Part shown: positions 10,615 through 19,557 of the stretch, piece after piece
How positions within the stretch are numbered: the stretch's first letter is position 1
Layout of the letters: the number at the start of each line of letters is the position of its first letter
NCBI GenBank assembly: GCA_965203325.1
Contig: OZ241875.1
Coordinates: forward strand, 3,040,001 to 3,104,000
Length of the DNA: 64,000 nucleotides
Direction: 5' to 3'
Source: a bacterium
GTDB taxonomy: Bacteria; UBA8248
Translations under genes and position numbers: made by a program
The notes under the pieces: model-generated
The model's database searches: none
Told to the model about the DNA's origin: nothing
What the model saw: only the letters and a program-made list of their open reading frames with translations

Positions 10615-12468
10615 ATGCGCATGGTCACGCTCGCTATCGGCGTCCTCTGGCTGGCGTTCCAGATGTGGATCGTCTTCTACCCCCAGGCCCCGCTGGTCGA
10701 GCGGCCTCTCCACCTGCTTCTGGCGCTGGCGCTCGTCCTGCTCTTTCATCCGCTGCGTAAAAGGGGCGCTCCGCGGCGGCGCGCCCGCCTGACGGACGCT
10801 TTGTTGCTGGCGGGAACGCTGGCCGTCTTTGCGTATTACGCTCTCGCCTCGACACGCCTCACCGAACGCATGGAGACCATCGACCCGGTGCTTACCGTGG
10901 ACGTGGCGGCCTTCGCGCTCATCATGATCCTGTTGTTCGAGGGCGTGCGCCGCACGGTGGGCTGGCCGCTCCTGGGCGTTCTGCTCGTTTTTTTCGTCTA
11001 TGCGTTCATCGGCAAGATGCTGCCCGGCGCATTCGGTTTCCGGGGCTTCACGATCGACGAAGTGGTCGAGATCATGACGATGACGACCAACGGCGTGCTG
11101 GGCATCACCACGGCGACCTCGCTTCAGTTCGTTTTCTACTTCGTGCTCTTCGGTGCGGTCTACTCAGGGATAGGCGGCGGGCAGTTGTTCATCGACCTGT
11201 CGCTCAGGGTGGCGGGCCGCTTCGCCGGAGGGGCGGCGAAGGCCGCCGTCGTGAGTTCGAGCCTCATGGGCTCGATCAGCGGAAGTGCGGTGGCGAACGT
11301 GGCGACGACGGGCGTCTTCACCATCCCGCTGATGCGAAAGACCGGCTACGGCCCGGCGCACGCGGGCGCGGTGGAGGCCATCGCTTCCACAGGCGGTCAG
11401 CTCATGCCGCCCATCATGGGCATCGCCGCGTTCGTGATGGCGGAGTTGCTGCAGATATCCTACGCGCGCATCGCCACGGCCGGGCTCATCCCCGCGCTCG
11501 CGTTCTACGCCGCGATTTTCATCTTCATCGACCTGCGCGCGCGGGCCGAGGGCGCGCTCGCGCTCGGTGCGGGCGAACTGACGCCCGAAGACCCCATCGC
11601 GGGAAGGCTGTATCTGCTCCTGCCGCCGTTGGTGCTGATCGCCATGCTGGTCGCGGGCTTTTCGGCCACATACGCCGCCGTCATCGGCACGGCGTCTTGC
11701 GCCGTGGTCGCCTATTTTCGCCGCCGTAGCTGGCTGAGCATCTCCGATTGGTGCGAAGTGGTGCGCAGCGGCGCGCGTCAGGCCGCGGAAATTGCCGTGC
11801 CCATCGCCGCCATCGGGATCATCATCGCCGTCGCCATCCAGTCGAACCTGGCGCTCAAGTTCTCCTCGGGCCTCATCGGCGCATCGGGCGGCAAGCTGTT
11901 TTTCGCCATGTTCCTGATCATCATCGGGTGCCTCATCATGGGGATGGGACTGCCGACGGTCGCCGCCTACATCATCGGGGCGATTCTTTTCGCGCCGGCG
12001 TTAAAGGACTTGGGCATCGCCGAGTTGCCCGCCCATTTCTTCGTCATGTACTACTGCGTGCTCTCGATGGTCACGCCGCCGGTGGCGCTGGCGTCGTTTA
12101 CCGCGGCGGGAATCTCCGGCGCAGGCTCGATGGAGACGAGCCTCATCGCCTTTCGCCTGAGCCTCGTTTCGTTCCTGATACCCTTCGCCTTCGCGTTCGA
12201 CCCGAGGCTGCTGGGGCAGGGCGATTTGGGGTGGGTCATCGTGGCGTGTGTTTCGCTGTTCTGCGCGACGGGCGCCTGGGCGGTCGCGCTGAGCGGATAC
12301 CTCAAGCACCCCCTGCGCCTGCCCGAACGCGCGCTCTACGGGGCCGTCGCCGTGGCCGTCATTCTGTTTCCCACAGGCGGGGCCGCGTGGGCGCTCGCGT
12401 TCACGGGGCTGCTCGCTCTGGCGGCGTGGGGGATATGGCTCGGCCCGCGCCTGCGCGCCGCTGGATGA
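10615..12468 (+). CDS. TRAP transporter fused permease (4TM/12TM)
   Basis: GSISGSAVANV, ASTGGQLMPPIMG, TPPVALA motifs. Confidence 0.93.
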   Translation: MRMVTLAIGVLWLAFQMWIVFYPQAPLVERPLHLLLALALVLLFHPLRKRGAPRRRARLTDALLLAGTLAVFAYYALASTRLTERMETIDPVLTVDVAAFALIMILLFEGVRRTVGWPLLGVLLVFFVYAFIGKMLPGAFGFRGFTIDEVVEIMTMTTNGVLGITTATSLQFVFYFVLFGAVYSGIGGGQLFIDLSLRVAGRFAGGAAKAAVVSSSLMGSISGSAVANVATTGVFTIPLMRKTGYGPAHAGAVEAIASTGGQLMPPIMGIAAFVMAELLQISYARIATAGLIPALAFYAAIFIFIDLRARAEGALALGAGELTPEDPIAGRLYLLLPPLVLIAMLVAGFSATYAAVIGTASCAVVAYFRRRSWLSISDWCEVVRSGARQAAEIAVPIAAIGIIIAVAIQSNLALKFSSGLIGASGGKLFFAMFLIIIGCLIMGMGLPTVAAYIIGAILFAPALKDLGIAELPAHFFVMYYCVLSMVTPPVALASFTAAGISGAGSMETSLIAFRLSLVSFLIPFAFAFDPRLLGQGDLGWVIVACVSLFCATGAWAVALSGYLKHPLRLPERALYGAVAVAVILFPTGGAAWALAFTGLLALAAWGIWLGPRLRAAG

Positions 12469-12512
12469 GGGAAATCCATGGACGACGAAGCCCTTAATGG
12501 AGAATCGACAAG

Positions 12513-13340
12513 ATGAGTTGGCGTCTGTTTCATCACAAAATGCGTTGTGACAATCCATTCATGACGATGCGGGGTTGCTTCGCATCGGTTTGCTTTCTGC
12601 TGGCGGTCTCCGGTGTTTCACTGAGCACGCAAGCCTGGGGAGCGGATGCGGCTCCGGTGGTCGTGCGCGCCGGATCCCCGAGTCCTCCCGTGGTATCCGA
12701 GGCCGCCCTTCTGGCCGACCGGATGCTGGCGAGAGAGAGCGACGCATTGCTCCTCGATGAGAAGCGTCGGAGCGAGCTTGCCCGTGAAATCGAGAGCGTG
12801 CTCGATCGGCTGAGATATGCTTACCCGGAGGTCGAGAAAATAGCCGCCCGTGCCGCCCATCAGCCCGGCGTACTTCTCCTGGGCGTAAAGCCTGGGTTGT
12901 TCCGGGCGGTCGCAGAGCTCCTTGAAGACAAGAACCGACCCGTGGCGCTGCGCACCGGCAATGCGGCGTTCGACGCCTTGAACGCGAAGCTTGGGTTACA
13001 GGCCGTGCGGCCATACCGCCACACCGGCGTCCTCGTCATGCACCTGAGCGAGCGCGCAAACCTCGGGGCGGCGCGAAGTGCGTACCGGAAGATAGCGGGA
13101 GTCGAATACGCGGAGCCCGATGCCTACCTGGGCGACGGCTCCGACATCGAGGCGGTGAAAACAGGCGGCGTCTGGCATATCGTCGTCCGCAAGGCGTGGG
13201 GAGACTGCCCCTCCGGCTGTATTTACAAAAAGCTGTTTTTCTTCACCGTGAAGGAGGGGCAAGTCGAGCGGGTCGAACCGCCGCGCGCGGTGGATACCCT
13301 TGCCTTCAGGAAACTCCTCTGGATAAGAAGGTGGCGTTGA
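12513..13340 (+). CDS. Hypothetical, probably exported protein with WGDCPSGC motif (start uncertain, 12513-12566)
   Basis: Open frame with a signal-peptide-like N-terminus ending AQAWG-like; coding-like composition. Confidence 0.65.
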   Translation: MSWRLFHHKMRCDNPFMTMRGCFASVCFLLAVSGVSLSTQAWGADAAPVVVRAGSPSPPVVSEAALLADRMLARESDALLLDEKRRSELAREIESVLDRLRYAYPEVEKIAARAAHQPGVLLLGVKPGLFRAVAELLEDKNRPVALRTGNAAFDALNAKLGLQAVRPYRHTGVLVMHLSERANLGAARSAYRKIAGVEYAEPDAYLGDGSDIEAVKTGGVWHIVVRKAWGDCPSGCIYKKLFFFTVKEGQVERVEPPRAVDTLAFRKLLWIRRWR

Positions 13341-13467
13341 CGCCGGATGCCTGAGGTTAGAGGCTCACACCCGCTTCCAAGTGAAAAATAAAGATTGATC
13401 GGAAGAACAGGGGTAGCAGGGTCATTATCCACCAGTCGAGAGACGTACCCGAGGAGGAACCTGAACA

Positions 13468-13845
13468 ATGAACATCGCATACGTTTTCGCCACCGACATG
13501 TCGGCGACCTACAAGCTGGGCACCATGATCCTGCCGCAACTCGAAGCCGGCAACCACGGGGTGAACGTCGTCGGCATGTTCTTCTTCGACGACAACCTGT
13601 TCTGCCTGCGTGAGGGCGACGAGGTGGGCGAGCGACTGGCAAAAGTCGCCGCGGAGCAGAACATCCTCCTCATGGTCTGCGATCAGTGCGCCGTGCGGCG
13701 GAACCTCGCCGAGGGCACGTTCGAACAGTGCGGCTCCGGCGACGTCAAGGCGAAGGGCCTGGTGGCCGGCGTGGGCGCCGGTTGTTTCCCGCAGCTATAC
13801 GAGGCGCTCGCACCCGCCGCGCCGGATCTGGTGATTACGCTGTAA
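13468..13845 (+). CDS. DsrE-related protein (resembles the SaoD-type family)
   Basis: GAGGAGG RBS; ILPQLEAGNHG, GMFFFDDN, CDQCA, GCFP motifs. Confidence 0.75.
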   Translation: MNIAYVFATDMSATYKLGTMILPQLEAGNHGVNVVGMFFFDDNLFCLREGDEVGERLAKVAAEQNILLMVCDQCAVRRNLAEGTFEQCGSGDVKAKGLVAGVGAGCFPQLYEALAPAAPDLVITL

Positions 13846-13894
13846 GGGTTTGGCGGATTCATCTGTTTCGCGGTCGGTATTTTTTTGTGATTCG

Positions 13895-13922
13895 GCAGGG
13901 ACAGGTCGCGACCTGTCCCTGC
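13895..13922. repeat. 28-bp perfect palindrome, REP-like (copy 1)
   Basis: GCAGGGACAGGTCGCGACCTGTCCCTGC; recurs at 26574 and 36858. Confidence 0.9.
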
Positions 13923-13980
13923 TTTTTCTCGTGTGGCCTATTCCCCCGAGAGGGGCGGTTCGTGAACCGTCCGTAATGAC

Positions 13981-14802
13981 TCAGCAGGATTCGAGCACGC
14001 AGTAGGAGTGCAGCCCCGTCCACTCGGCGAGAGCCGGGGCGGATTCGGGCGCGCAGCGCATGCAGACGTCCAGCATGGTTCCTGAACGGATGATACGGAA
14101 CTTGTTCCCCTTCTCGAAGGCGGAGAGGTCGTCGAAGCCCGTCACCCATTTCGCCCCGAAATTCGTTTCGAAATAATCCGAGGTCGCCGTCATCGTATCG
14201 TTCCCGGACGTGCGGTTGATGATTTTTTCGGAGAAATAATCGAAGGCGACGATGAAGCGGGGTACCTGCGCGCGCAGCCTCGCCAGAAAATCATGGATCA
14301 GAGCAACCGGCAGATACATGGTGTTCCCCTCCCAGATGAACAGGGTGGGGGCCTCCAGGTCGAAACCGGTCTCGACGAGTTTTCCCGGAAGGTCGAGTTC
14401 GAGGTAATTGCCGGCAATCGCGTGGCAGGGCGCGACGCCGCGGGCTTCCAGAGCCTTGCGCTTGAATTCGAGCACCCCCGGCTGATCGACGTCGCAGAAC
14501 CGGACGCCGTGGGTACGAAACATGTGGGCGCGCATGTCGAAGCCCGCGCCCAGCGTGACGACTTGCTTCACGCCGTCTGCTATCGCGCGCTCCAGGGTTT
14601 CGTTCATGATGCGCACCCGGTAGCGTGCCGTCTCGCGCACCGCCGGAAAAGTATGGATGAACTCGCGGAACTTCGCCGTCGCCTCCTCGTCGACGAACCA
14701 TGCAGCAAAAGGGTCCTCGAACAGGGGGCGCGCCTCGTCTTTTTCCATCTGCCGAACGCATGAAGGGAAAAACGCCGTGGAGCCGACCTCGTTGATTTCC
14801 AC
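13981..14802 (-). CDS. SAM-dependent methyltransferase, leucine carboxyl methyltransferase-like (LCM) family, paralogue 2
   Basis: FEDPFA, QVVTLGAGFDMR, DVDQP, WEGNTMYL; GTG start at 14802 just after the upstream stop. Confidence 0.88.
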   Translation of the reverse strand: MEINEVGSTAFFPSCVRQMEKDEARPLFEDPFAAWFVDEEATAKFREFIHTFPAVRETARYRVRIMNETLERAIADGVKQVVTLGAGFDMRAHMFRTHGVRFCDVDQPGVLEFKRKALEARGVAPCHAIAGNYLELDLPGKLVETGFDLEAPTLFIWEGNTMYLPVALIHDFLARLRAQVPRFIVAFDYFSEKIINRTSGNDTMTATSDYFETNFGAKWVTGFDDLSAFEKGNKFRIIRSGTMLDVCMRCAPESAPALAEWTGLHSYCVLESC

Positions 14803-14807
14803 GAAAT

Positions 14808-15689
14808 TCAGGACGCCCTGAGCACGCAGTAGGAATACAATTTCAGCAGGTCGGCCGTCTCGCCCATATACTCTTTGACAGCCGCCACGGACTGCGGCGC
14901 GCGGCGCTCGCCGAACTCCATGAGGCTTTCGGATTCGATTGCTTCGAGGCCGTGTTTGTCCTGGAACACGGAAAGATCGTCGAAACCCGTCACCCATTTC
15001 ACCCCGAAGCTGCTTTCGAACATATCCGTGATTTCGGTGATTCTCTCATCGCCGGACGTGCGGTTGATGATCTTTTCGGAGTAATAATCGAAGGCGATGG
15101 CCAGGCGAGGAATGCGCGCGCGCAATCGACCCAGGAAATCATGAATCAGGTCGAGCGGCAGGTACATGGTGTTGCCTTCCCATATGAACAGGATGGGCGC
15201 TTCCAGGTCGAAGCCCGCCTCGCCGAGTTCCCGGGGCAGGTCGACTTCCAGGTAGTTGCACTCGATTCCGGGGCAGGGCGTGACGCCGTGGGTTTCGAGC
15301 ACCTTGTTCTTGAATTCGATCACCGCCGGTTGATCGACGTCGCAGAACCTCACGCCTTGGGTTTCAAAAATGTGAGAGCGCATGTCGAAGCCAGCACCCA
15401 AAGAGACGATCTGCTTCACGCCGTCCGCAATGCCGCGCTCGACGACCTCGCTCATGACGCGAACCCGGAAACGAACCAGTTCCACCGAGGGCGGAAAAAC
15501 GCGTATCAGTTCCTGAACCTTCTCCTCTATCGCCTCGTCGACGAACCACGCCGCGTAGGGGTCGTCGAACAGCTTGTGCTCCTGGTCTTTTTCCATCGCC
15601 CGCATGCAGGAAATGACGAACGCGGTCGCTCCGATTTCGTTGATGATGTCCACCGCCGTGGCTCCTCTGGGTTGGGTATGCCGCTCCAT
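14808..15689 (-). CDS. SAM-dependent methyltransferase, LCM family, paralogue 1
   Basis: FDDPYA, QIVSLGAGFDMR, DVDQP, WEGNTMYL. Confidence 0.88.
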   Translation of the reverse strand: MERHTQPRGATAVDIINEIGATAFVISCMRAMEKDQEHKLFDDPYAAWFVDEAIEEKVQELIRVFPPSVELVRFRVRVMSEVVERGIADGVKQIVSLGAGFDMRSHIFETQGVRFCDVDQPAVIEFKNKVLETHGVTPCPGIECNYLEVDLPRELGEAGFDLEAPILFIWEGNTMYLPLDLIHDFLGRLRARIPRLAIAFDYYSEKIINRTSGDERITEITDMFESSFGVKWVTGFDDLSVFQDKHGLEAIESESLMEFGERRAPQSVAAVKEYMGETADLLKLYSYCVLRAS

Positions 15690-15840
15690 TCCCCGGGGTG
15701 CAGGGAAGGTGCGCCTCGTGTAGACCTCATAATGCCCTCGTTTGACCAGACGGGATAATAGCGAAGTATAGCCGGGGCGGGCAATGAAAAAATGGTGATT
15801 ATGTGCTAGCGCAGCACCCCGGTGAACGGCGAAGCTCCCC

Positions 15841-16266
15841 TCAATCCACGACCGCGATCGCGTTGACCTCCACCAGGCATCTGGGGTCGGTGGCGAGGCG
15901 TACGACCTGAAGCGTGGTGGAGGCGGTCCGGTGGTCGCCGAAATACTCTTTCCGGATGGCCCCCGCCTCTTCCGCGCCCTCCATCGTCGTCGAGAAGAAC
16001 TGGAAGAAGACGATGTCCTGAAACGTGCCGCCCACGGCGTCGAGGCTTTTCTTCAGGTTCTCAAGGGCCATGCGCGTCTGGGTCGGCAGATCGCCTGGGA
16101 GCGTGTCGAACTCCTCTGGCCGGTGGGGATGGTTGTGATAGGGCGGTGCGGCGGTGACCCCTGCGAAATAGACGGTCGTCCCCCCGCTCGCCTTGATGGC
16201 CATGGAGTAGGGCGTCCAGACGTCGAGCCTGTCGGGCCAGTCCACACACTCAATCTGCTTCGGCAT
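15841..16266 (-). CDS. RidA/YjgF family protein
   Basis: PYSMAI, VYFAG, QTRMALENL, LVEVNAIAV. Confidence 0.85.
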   Translation of the reverse strand: MPKQIECVDWPDRLDVWTPYSMAIKASGGTTVYFAGVTAAPPYHNHPHRPEEFDTLPGDLPTQTRMALENLKKSLDAVGGTFQDIVFFQFFSTTMEGAEEAGAIRKEYFGDHRTASTTLQVVRLATDPRCLVEVNAIAVVD

Positions 16267-16357
16267 TCTCGGTCTCCTTCAGAAAGAAAAAGTCGAAAAA
16301 TGGGTAATGCGCTGCAACCAGGGCCGGGGGAGGCGATCCTTCCTGCGCCCCGCTCGG

Positions 16358-17551
16358 CTACTCTGCCGGCAGGCCGGTGATCCGCGAGCTGATCTTGATC
16401 CGGTAGATGTGGTTGTTGCCTGCGCCGTGGAGAAAGGAGATCACGTCGCGCAGGTATTTCTCGACCGGGCACTCGCGCATGTAGCCCAGCCCGCCGTGCA
16501 CCTCGAGCGCGAGACGGCAGACCTCATAGGCGGCTTCCGAGCAGACCACCTTGGTGAGCCACGACATTTTGGGATCGTATTCCTCGGCGTGATCCACCGC
16601 CCACGAGGTGCGCCACAAGACCGAGCGCGCCGTCTCCAGCCTCGTGTACATCTCCCCGATCATCTGGGCGACGGACTGATGAGCGCCGATGGGTTTCCCG
16701 CCCTGCACCCTCTCCTGGGAATAGCGCACGGCCTCCTCGAAAGCGGCCCGGCCCGCGCCCAGCACGGTCGCTCCGTAGCCGCCCCTTCCGCGCGCGATGC
16801 GGCTCGTGCGCAGCGCCTCGGCCTGCCCCTCTTGCTCCCCGAGCCGGTTGATTGCGGGGACTTCCGCGTTCTCGAAGACGAGCGTGGCGTTGCTGAGAAG
16901 CCTTCTGCCCATCTTGTCGTGGACGCGGCCGACGCTCAGTCCCGGCGTGTCCGCGGGGACGAGAAACGGCGTCATGCCCTTCAAGCCGCCTTTCGTCTTG
17001 TCGGTGCGCGTGTAGACGATGTAGAGCCTGGCCGTCCCGCCGTTGCTGATGAAGCTCTTGACGCCGCTCAGGCGGTAGATGTCCCCTTTGCGCTCGGCGC
17101 GCATCTGCACGCCCGCACCGGGTGCGTCGTAGGGCAGGACGTGATCGGTACCCGCGTCTGGTTCCGTCATGCACGTCGCCAGGTGATAGCGGTGATCGGA
17201 GACGAACGCCGGAAGGAAGCGCTCTTTTTGCTCGTCGTTCGTCCAGTGCTCGAGGATGGGAGTGAACTTCCAGGTCTGATCGAAGGTGGCGGCCACGCCG
17301 AGGTCGCCGGCCCCGAGTTCCTCGCCGACGATGGAGAGGGTGAGCATGTCGGCCCCGCCGCCGCGCTCATCAGAAAGCGCCAGCGTGCGCAGGCCGAGCC
17401 TGGAGCCTTCCTCGACGACGTCGGTGGGGATGCAGTCGAGCGGGTCCGGGTGCTTGTCGTACTCCGCGGCGATGGGGCGCACGTGGCGCTCCACGTAATC
17501 GCGCGCCAGTTTCTGGAGCGCCTTTTGTTCTTCGCTCAGGGAAAAGTCCAT
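16358..17551 (-). CDS. Acyl-CoA dehydrogenase family protein
   Basis: MDFSLSEEQ, TEPDAGTD, GVKSFISNG, HGGLGY, VEKYLRD. Confidence 0.93.
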   Translation of the reverse strand: MDFSLSEEQKALQKLARDYVERHVRPIAAEYDKHPDPLDCIPTDVVEEGSRLGLRTLALSDERGGGADMLTLSIVGEELGAGDLGVAATFDQTWKFTPILEHWTNDEQKERFLPAFVSDHRYHLATCMTEPDAGTDHVLPYDAPGAGVQMRAERKGDIYRLSGVKSFISNGGTARLYIVYTRTDKTKGGLKGMTPFLVPADTPGLSVGRVHDKMGRRLLSNATLVFENAEVPAINRLGEQEGQAEALRTSRIARGRGGYGATVLGAGRAAFEEAVRYSQERVQGGKPIGAHQSVAQMIGEMYTRLETARSVLWRTSWAVDHAEEYDPKMSWLTKVVCSEAAYEVCRLALEVHGGLGYMRECPVEKYLRDVISFLHGAGNNHIYRIKISSRITGLPAE

Positions 17552-17560
17552 CGAGACTCC

Positions 17561-18334
17561 TCAACTATTTCCGGCAATGAGACCCTCGCGCACCTTGGGC
17601 ATGGTGACGGCCAGGTCCAGAATCGGAAGACCGTGGGCAGGCGCGACCACGGCGACGCCCAGTTCTTCGAGCAGTTCTTCCAGGCGGTCCGAATAAATGT
17701 TCATGTCGGCGAAGCGCGTCCAGAACAGCGCCCGCTCGGCGAACACGCCCAGCACGTCCGCCAGGTCGAGCGAGGTGGCTTCTTCCGCGACTTGTCCGCA
17801 GTGGCCGTCCCAGTGGTAGTGGCTGTAGGCGAACCCGTCCCCGGGGAAGAGGGCGCGCGCGCCGGTGTCGAACCCCCAGAGCGAGGTTCTGAGGTCGCGG
17901 ATGACGGGTTCGACGGCGATGAACCGCCTGTCGCCCAGGTCGATTTCGTCGCCGACCTCCATGCGCCTCAGTCTGTGCGCGTGCTCGGGGTAGGAGAGGT
18001 GGTAGTCGCTCACGTCGCAGTGGACCGTCATCTCGGGGTAGTCTTCGAGCAGCCTTCCGAGCCCGCCCGAGTGGGGCGTTTCCTGGTGCGAGAGGAAGAG
18101 GTACTTGAGCTCGGAGCCGCGCGCGGCCAGAATTTCGCTCACCTGGCGGGAAATGACCGGGTAATCCCCTTGGTGGCCCGTCTCGACCAGCATCGAGCCT
18201 TCTTTGCCGATAAGGAGAAAGGCCGCGTTGTAGCTGTGGTAGATCTTTCCCTTGTGGTGCTGTTCGTGGCAGATGCCGAGCCAGAAGATGCCGGGAGCGA
18301 TTTCGCGCGGGAGGGGATTGTTGTTCGTGTCCAT
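17561..18334 (-). CDS. MBL-fold (flavodiiron/ODP-like) metalloprotein with metal ligands retained
   Basis: ATG at 18334; YNAAFLL, ETG, SHQETPHSGG, LFPGDGFAYSH, APAHG. Confidence 0.8.
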   Translation of the reverse strand: MDTNNNPLPREIAPGIFWLGICHEQHHKGKIYHSYNAAFLLIGKEGSMLVETGHQGDYPVISRQVSEILAARGSELKYLFLSHQETPHSGGLGRLLEDYPEMTVHCDVSDYHLSYPEHAHRLRRMEVGDEIDLGDRRFIAVEPVIRDLRTSLWGFDTGARALFPGDGFAYSHYHWDGHCGQVAEEATSLDLADVLGVFAERALFWTRFADMNIYSDRLEELLEELGVAVVAPAHGLPILDLAVTMPKVREGLIAGNS

Positions 18335-18336
18335 GA

Positions 18337-19230
18337 TTACCTTTCCATGTTGCGGGGAACGTAGCGCGGCTCGGCGACGGAGCGATCCAGATCGCGCAGG
18401 ACGTCGTCCAACACCGAGAACTGGCGTTCGACCGATTCGCGCCCGAGGAGGATGGCTCCGTAACCGGGGGCGAGGTTCTCGATGTCGTAGCTCTCGAAGA
18501 CGTCGGCGATGCCCTTTCTCATCGGCCCGGTTTCCACACCTTCCAGCCACCAGTAGCGCGTGTTCAGCAGAAAGGAGCGCACGAATGCGGAGGTCGTCAC
18601 TTCATCTTTCTCCACCGCCCAGGGGCCTTCGGGCTTATCCCCCCACACGTGGCTGAACATGTCCGAGGAGAAGAGAGTGCGGGTGGCTTCGTCGTAGATC
18701 CACATGGTGGTGATGAGGCGGATGGGCGCGTTGATGCCGTGGATGACGCGGTTCTCGTTGCTTCCGACGCAGCATGTCAGCTCATTTCCCAGAACCGTCG
18801 TCGGGAATATCTGATCCTCCTCGCTCTTGGGGCCGAACTCCTCCACGTCGAAATCGAGCCAGAAATCCATGTCGGGCCGCCGGGCGAAGCACTCCACGAC
18901 GTTGAACTCCCTGGCGAGCGCGGCTGCGTTTCCGACGGACATGAACTCGTTCAGCCTGAGCGGGTAGATCGAAAGCGGGGTGTCGGGCGTGATGATGGAG
19001 CCTATCTGCCCGAACAGGGAATTTCTGTGCCCGCCATAGCCCGTGTCGAGCAGAATCGCGCCGTCTTTCTCGCAAAGCAGATAGCAGTTCGACGGGGCGA
19101 AGCCCCTGGCGCTCAGGGGATAGGCGCTTATCCGGCCATCCAATTCAAATACGTTGTGCAGGGCGTAAGCCTTGCCGCCGCCCAAATCCGTGACGCCGCT
19201 GTAAGACAAGACGCTGCTGTCGACCATCAA
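18337..19230 (-). CDS. MBL-fold-like protein with degenerate metal motif
   Basis: NCYLL, LLDTG, LFSSDMF, APGYG; the His motif is replaced by RLNEFMS; GGAGG RBS before the TTG/ATG. Confidence 0.72.
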   Translation of the reverse strand: MMVDSSVLSYSGVTDLGGGKAYALHNVFELDGRISAYPLSARGFAPSNCYLLCEKDGAILLDTGYGGHRNSLFGQIGSIITPDTPLSIYPLRLNEFMSVGNAAALAREFNVVECFARRPDMDFWLDFDVEEFGPKSEEDQIFPTTVLGNELTCCVGSNENRVIHGINAPIRLITTMWIYDEATRTLFSSDMFSHVWGDKPEGPWAVEKDEVTTSAFVRSFLLNTRYWWLEGVETGPMRKGIADVFESYDIENLAPGYGAILLGRESVERQFSVLDDVLRDLDRSVAEPRYVPRNMER

Positions 19231-19453
19231 TGGATTCCTCCGGTCCTACTTGGGGCTGCGCACCGCAATCCTGCTACCTTTCTTCGATTCCCTCGCACAT
19301 TGGGATTTTCAAGATGCCGACATTAGACAGGATATAAAGAGCTTTTGCACCCCGATCAGACCATTCGCTGCGCGCTTCGACCTGGCGTCTGTTCCGGTGG
19401 CGATGCACCCCGTCGCATGCGGGCATACGGAACGGAGGCCCGAAAACGTCCAT

Positions 19454-19482
19454 TTGTAAATTTCACCGAGAAATGGTATCGT
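19454..19482 (+). promoter_or_regulatory. Putative sigma70 promoter of tctCBA
   Basis: TTGTAA - 17 nt - TATCGT with extended -10 TG. Confidence 0.5.
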
Positions 19483-19557
19483 GAATCATACCTATCACCC
19501 ACAGCAGTGGGGGTCCTACCTACCCCATCATACCCACCCCTCAGAAGGAGGAAGACC

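Noticed and set aside
16307..18364. Long plus-strand ORF (685 aa) and similar long antisense or shifted ORFs (for example 167-1378, 5902-7440, 6924-8429)
   Set aside because: Shadow ORFs of well-supported genes in high-GC DNA, with no motifs
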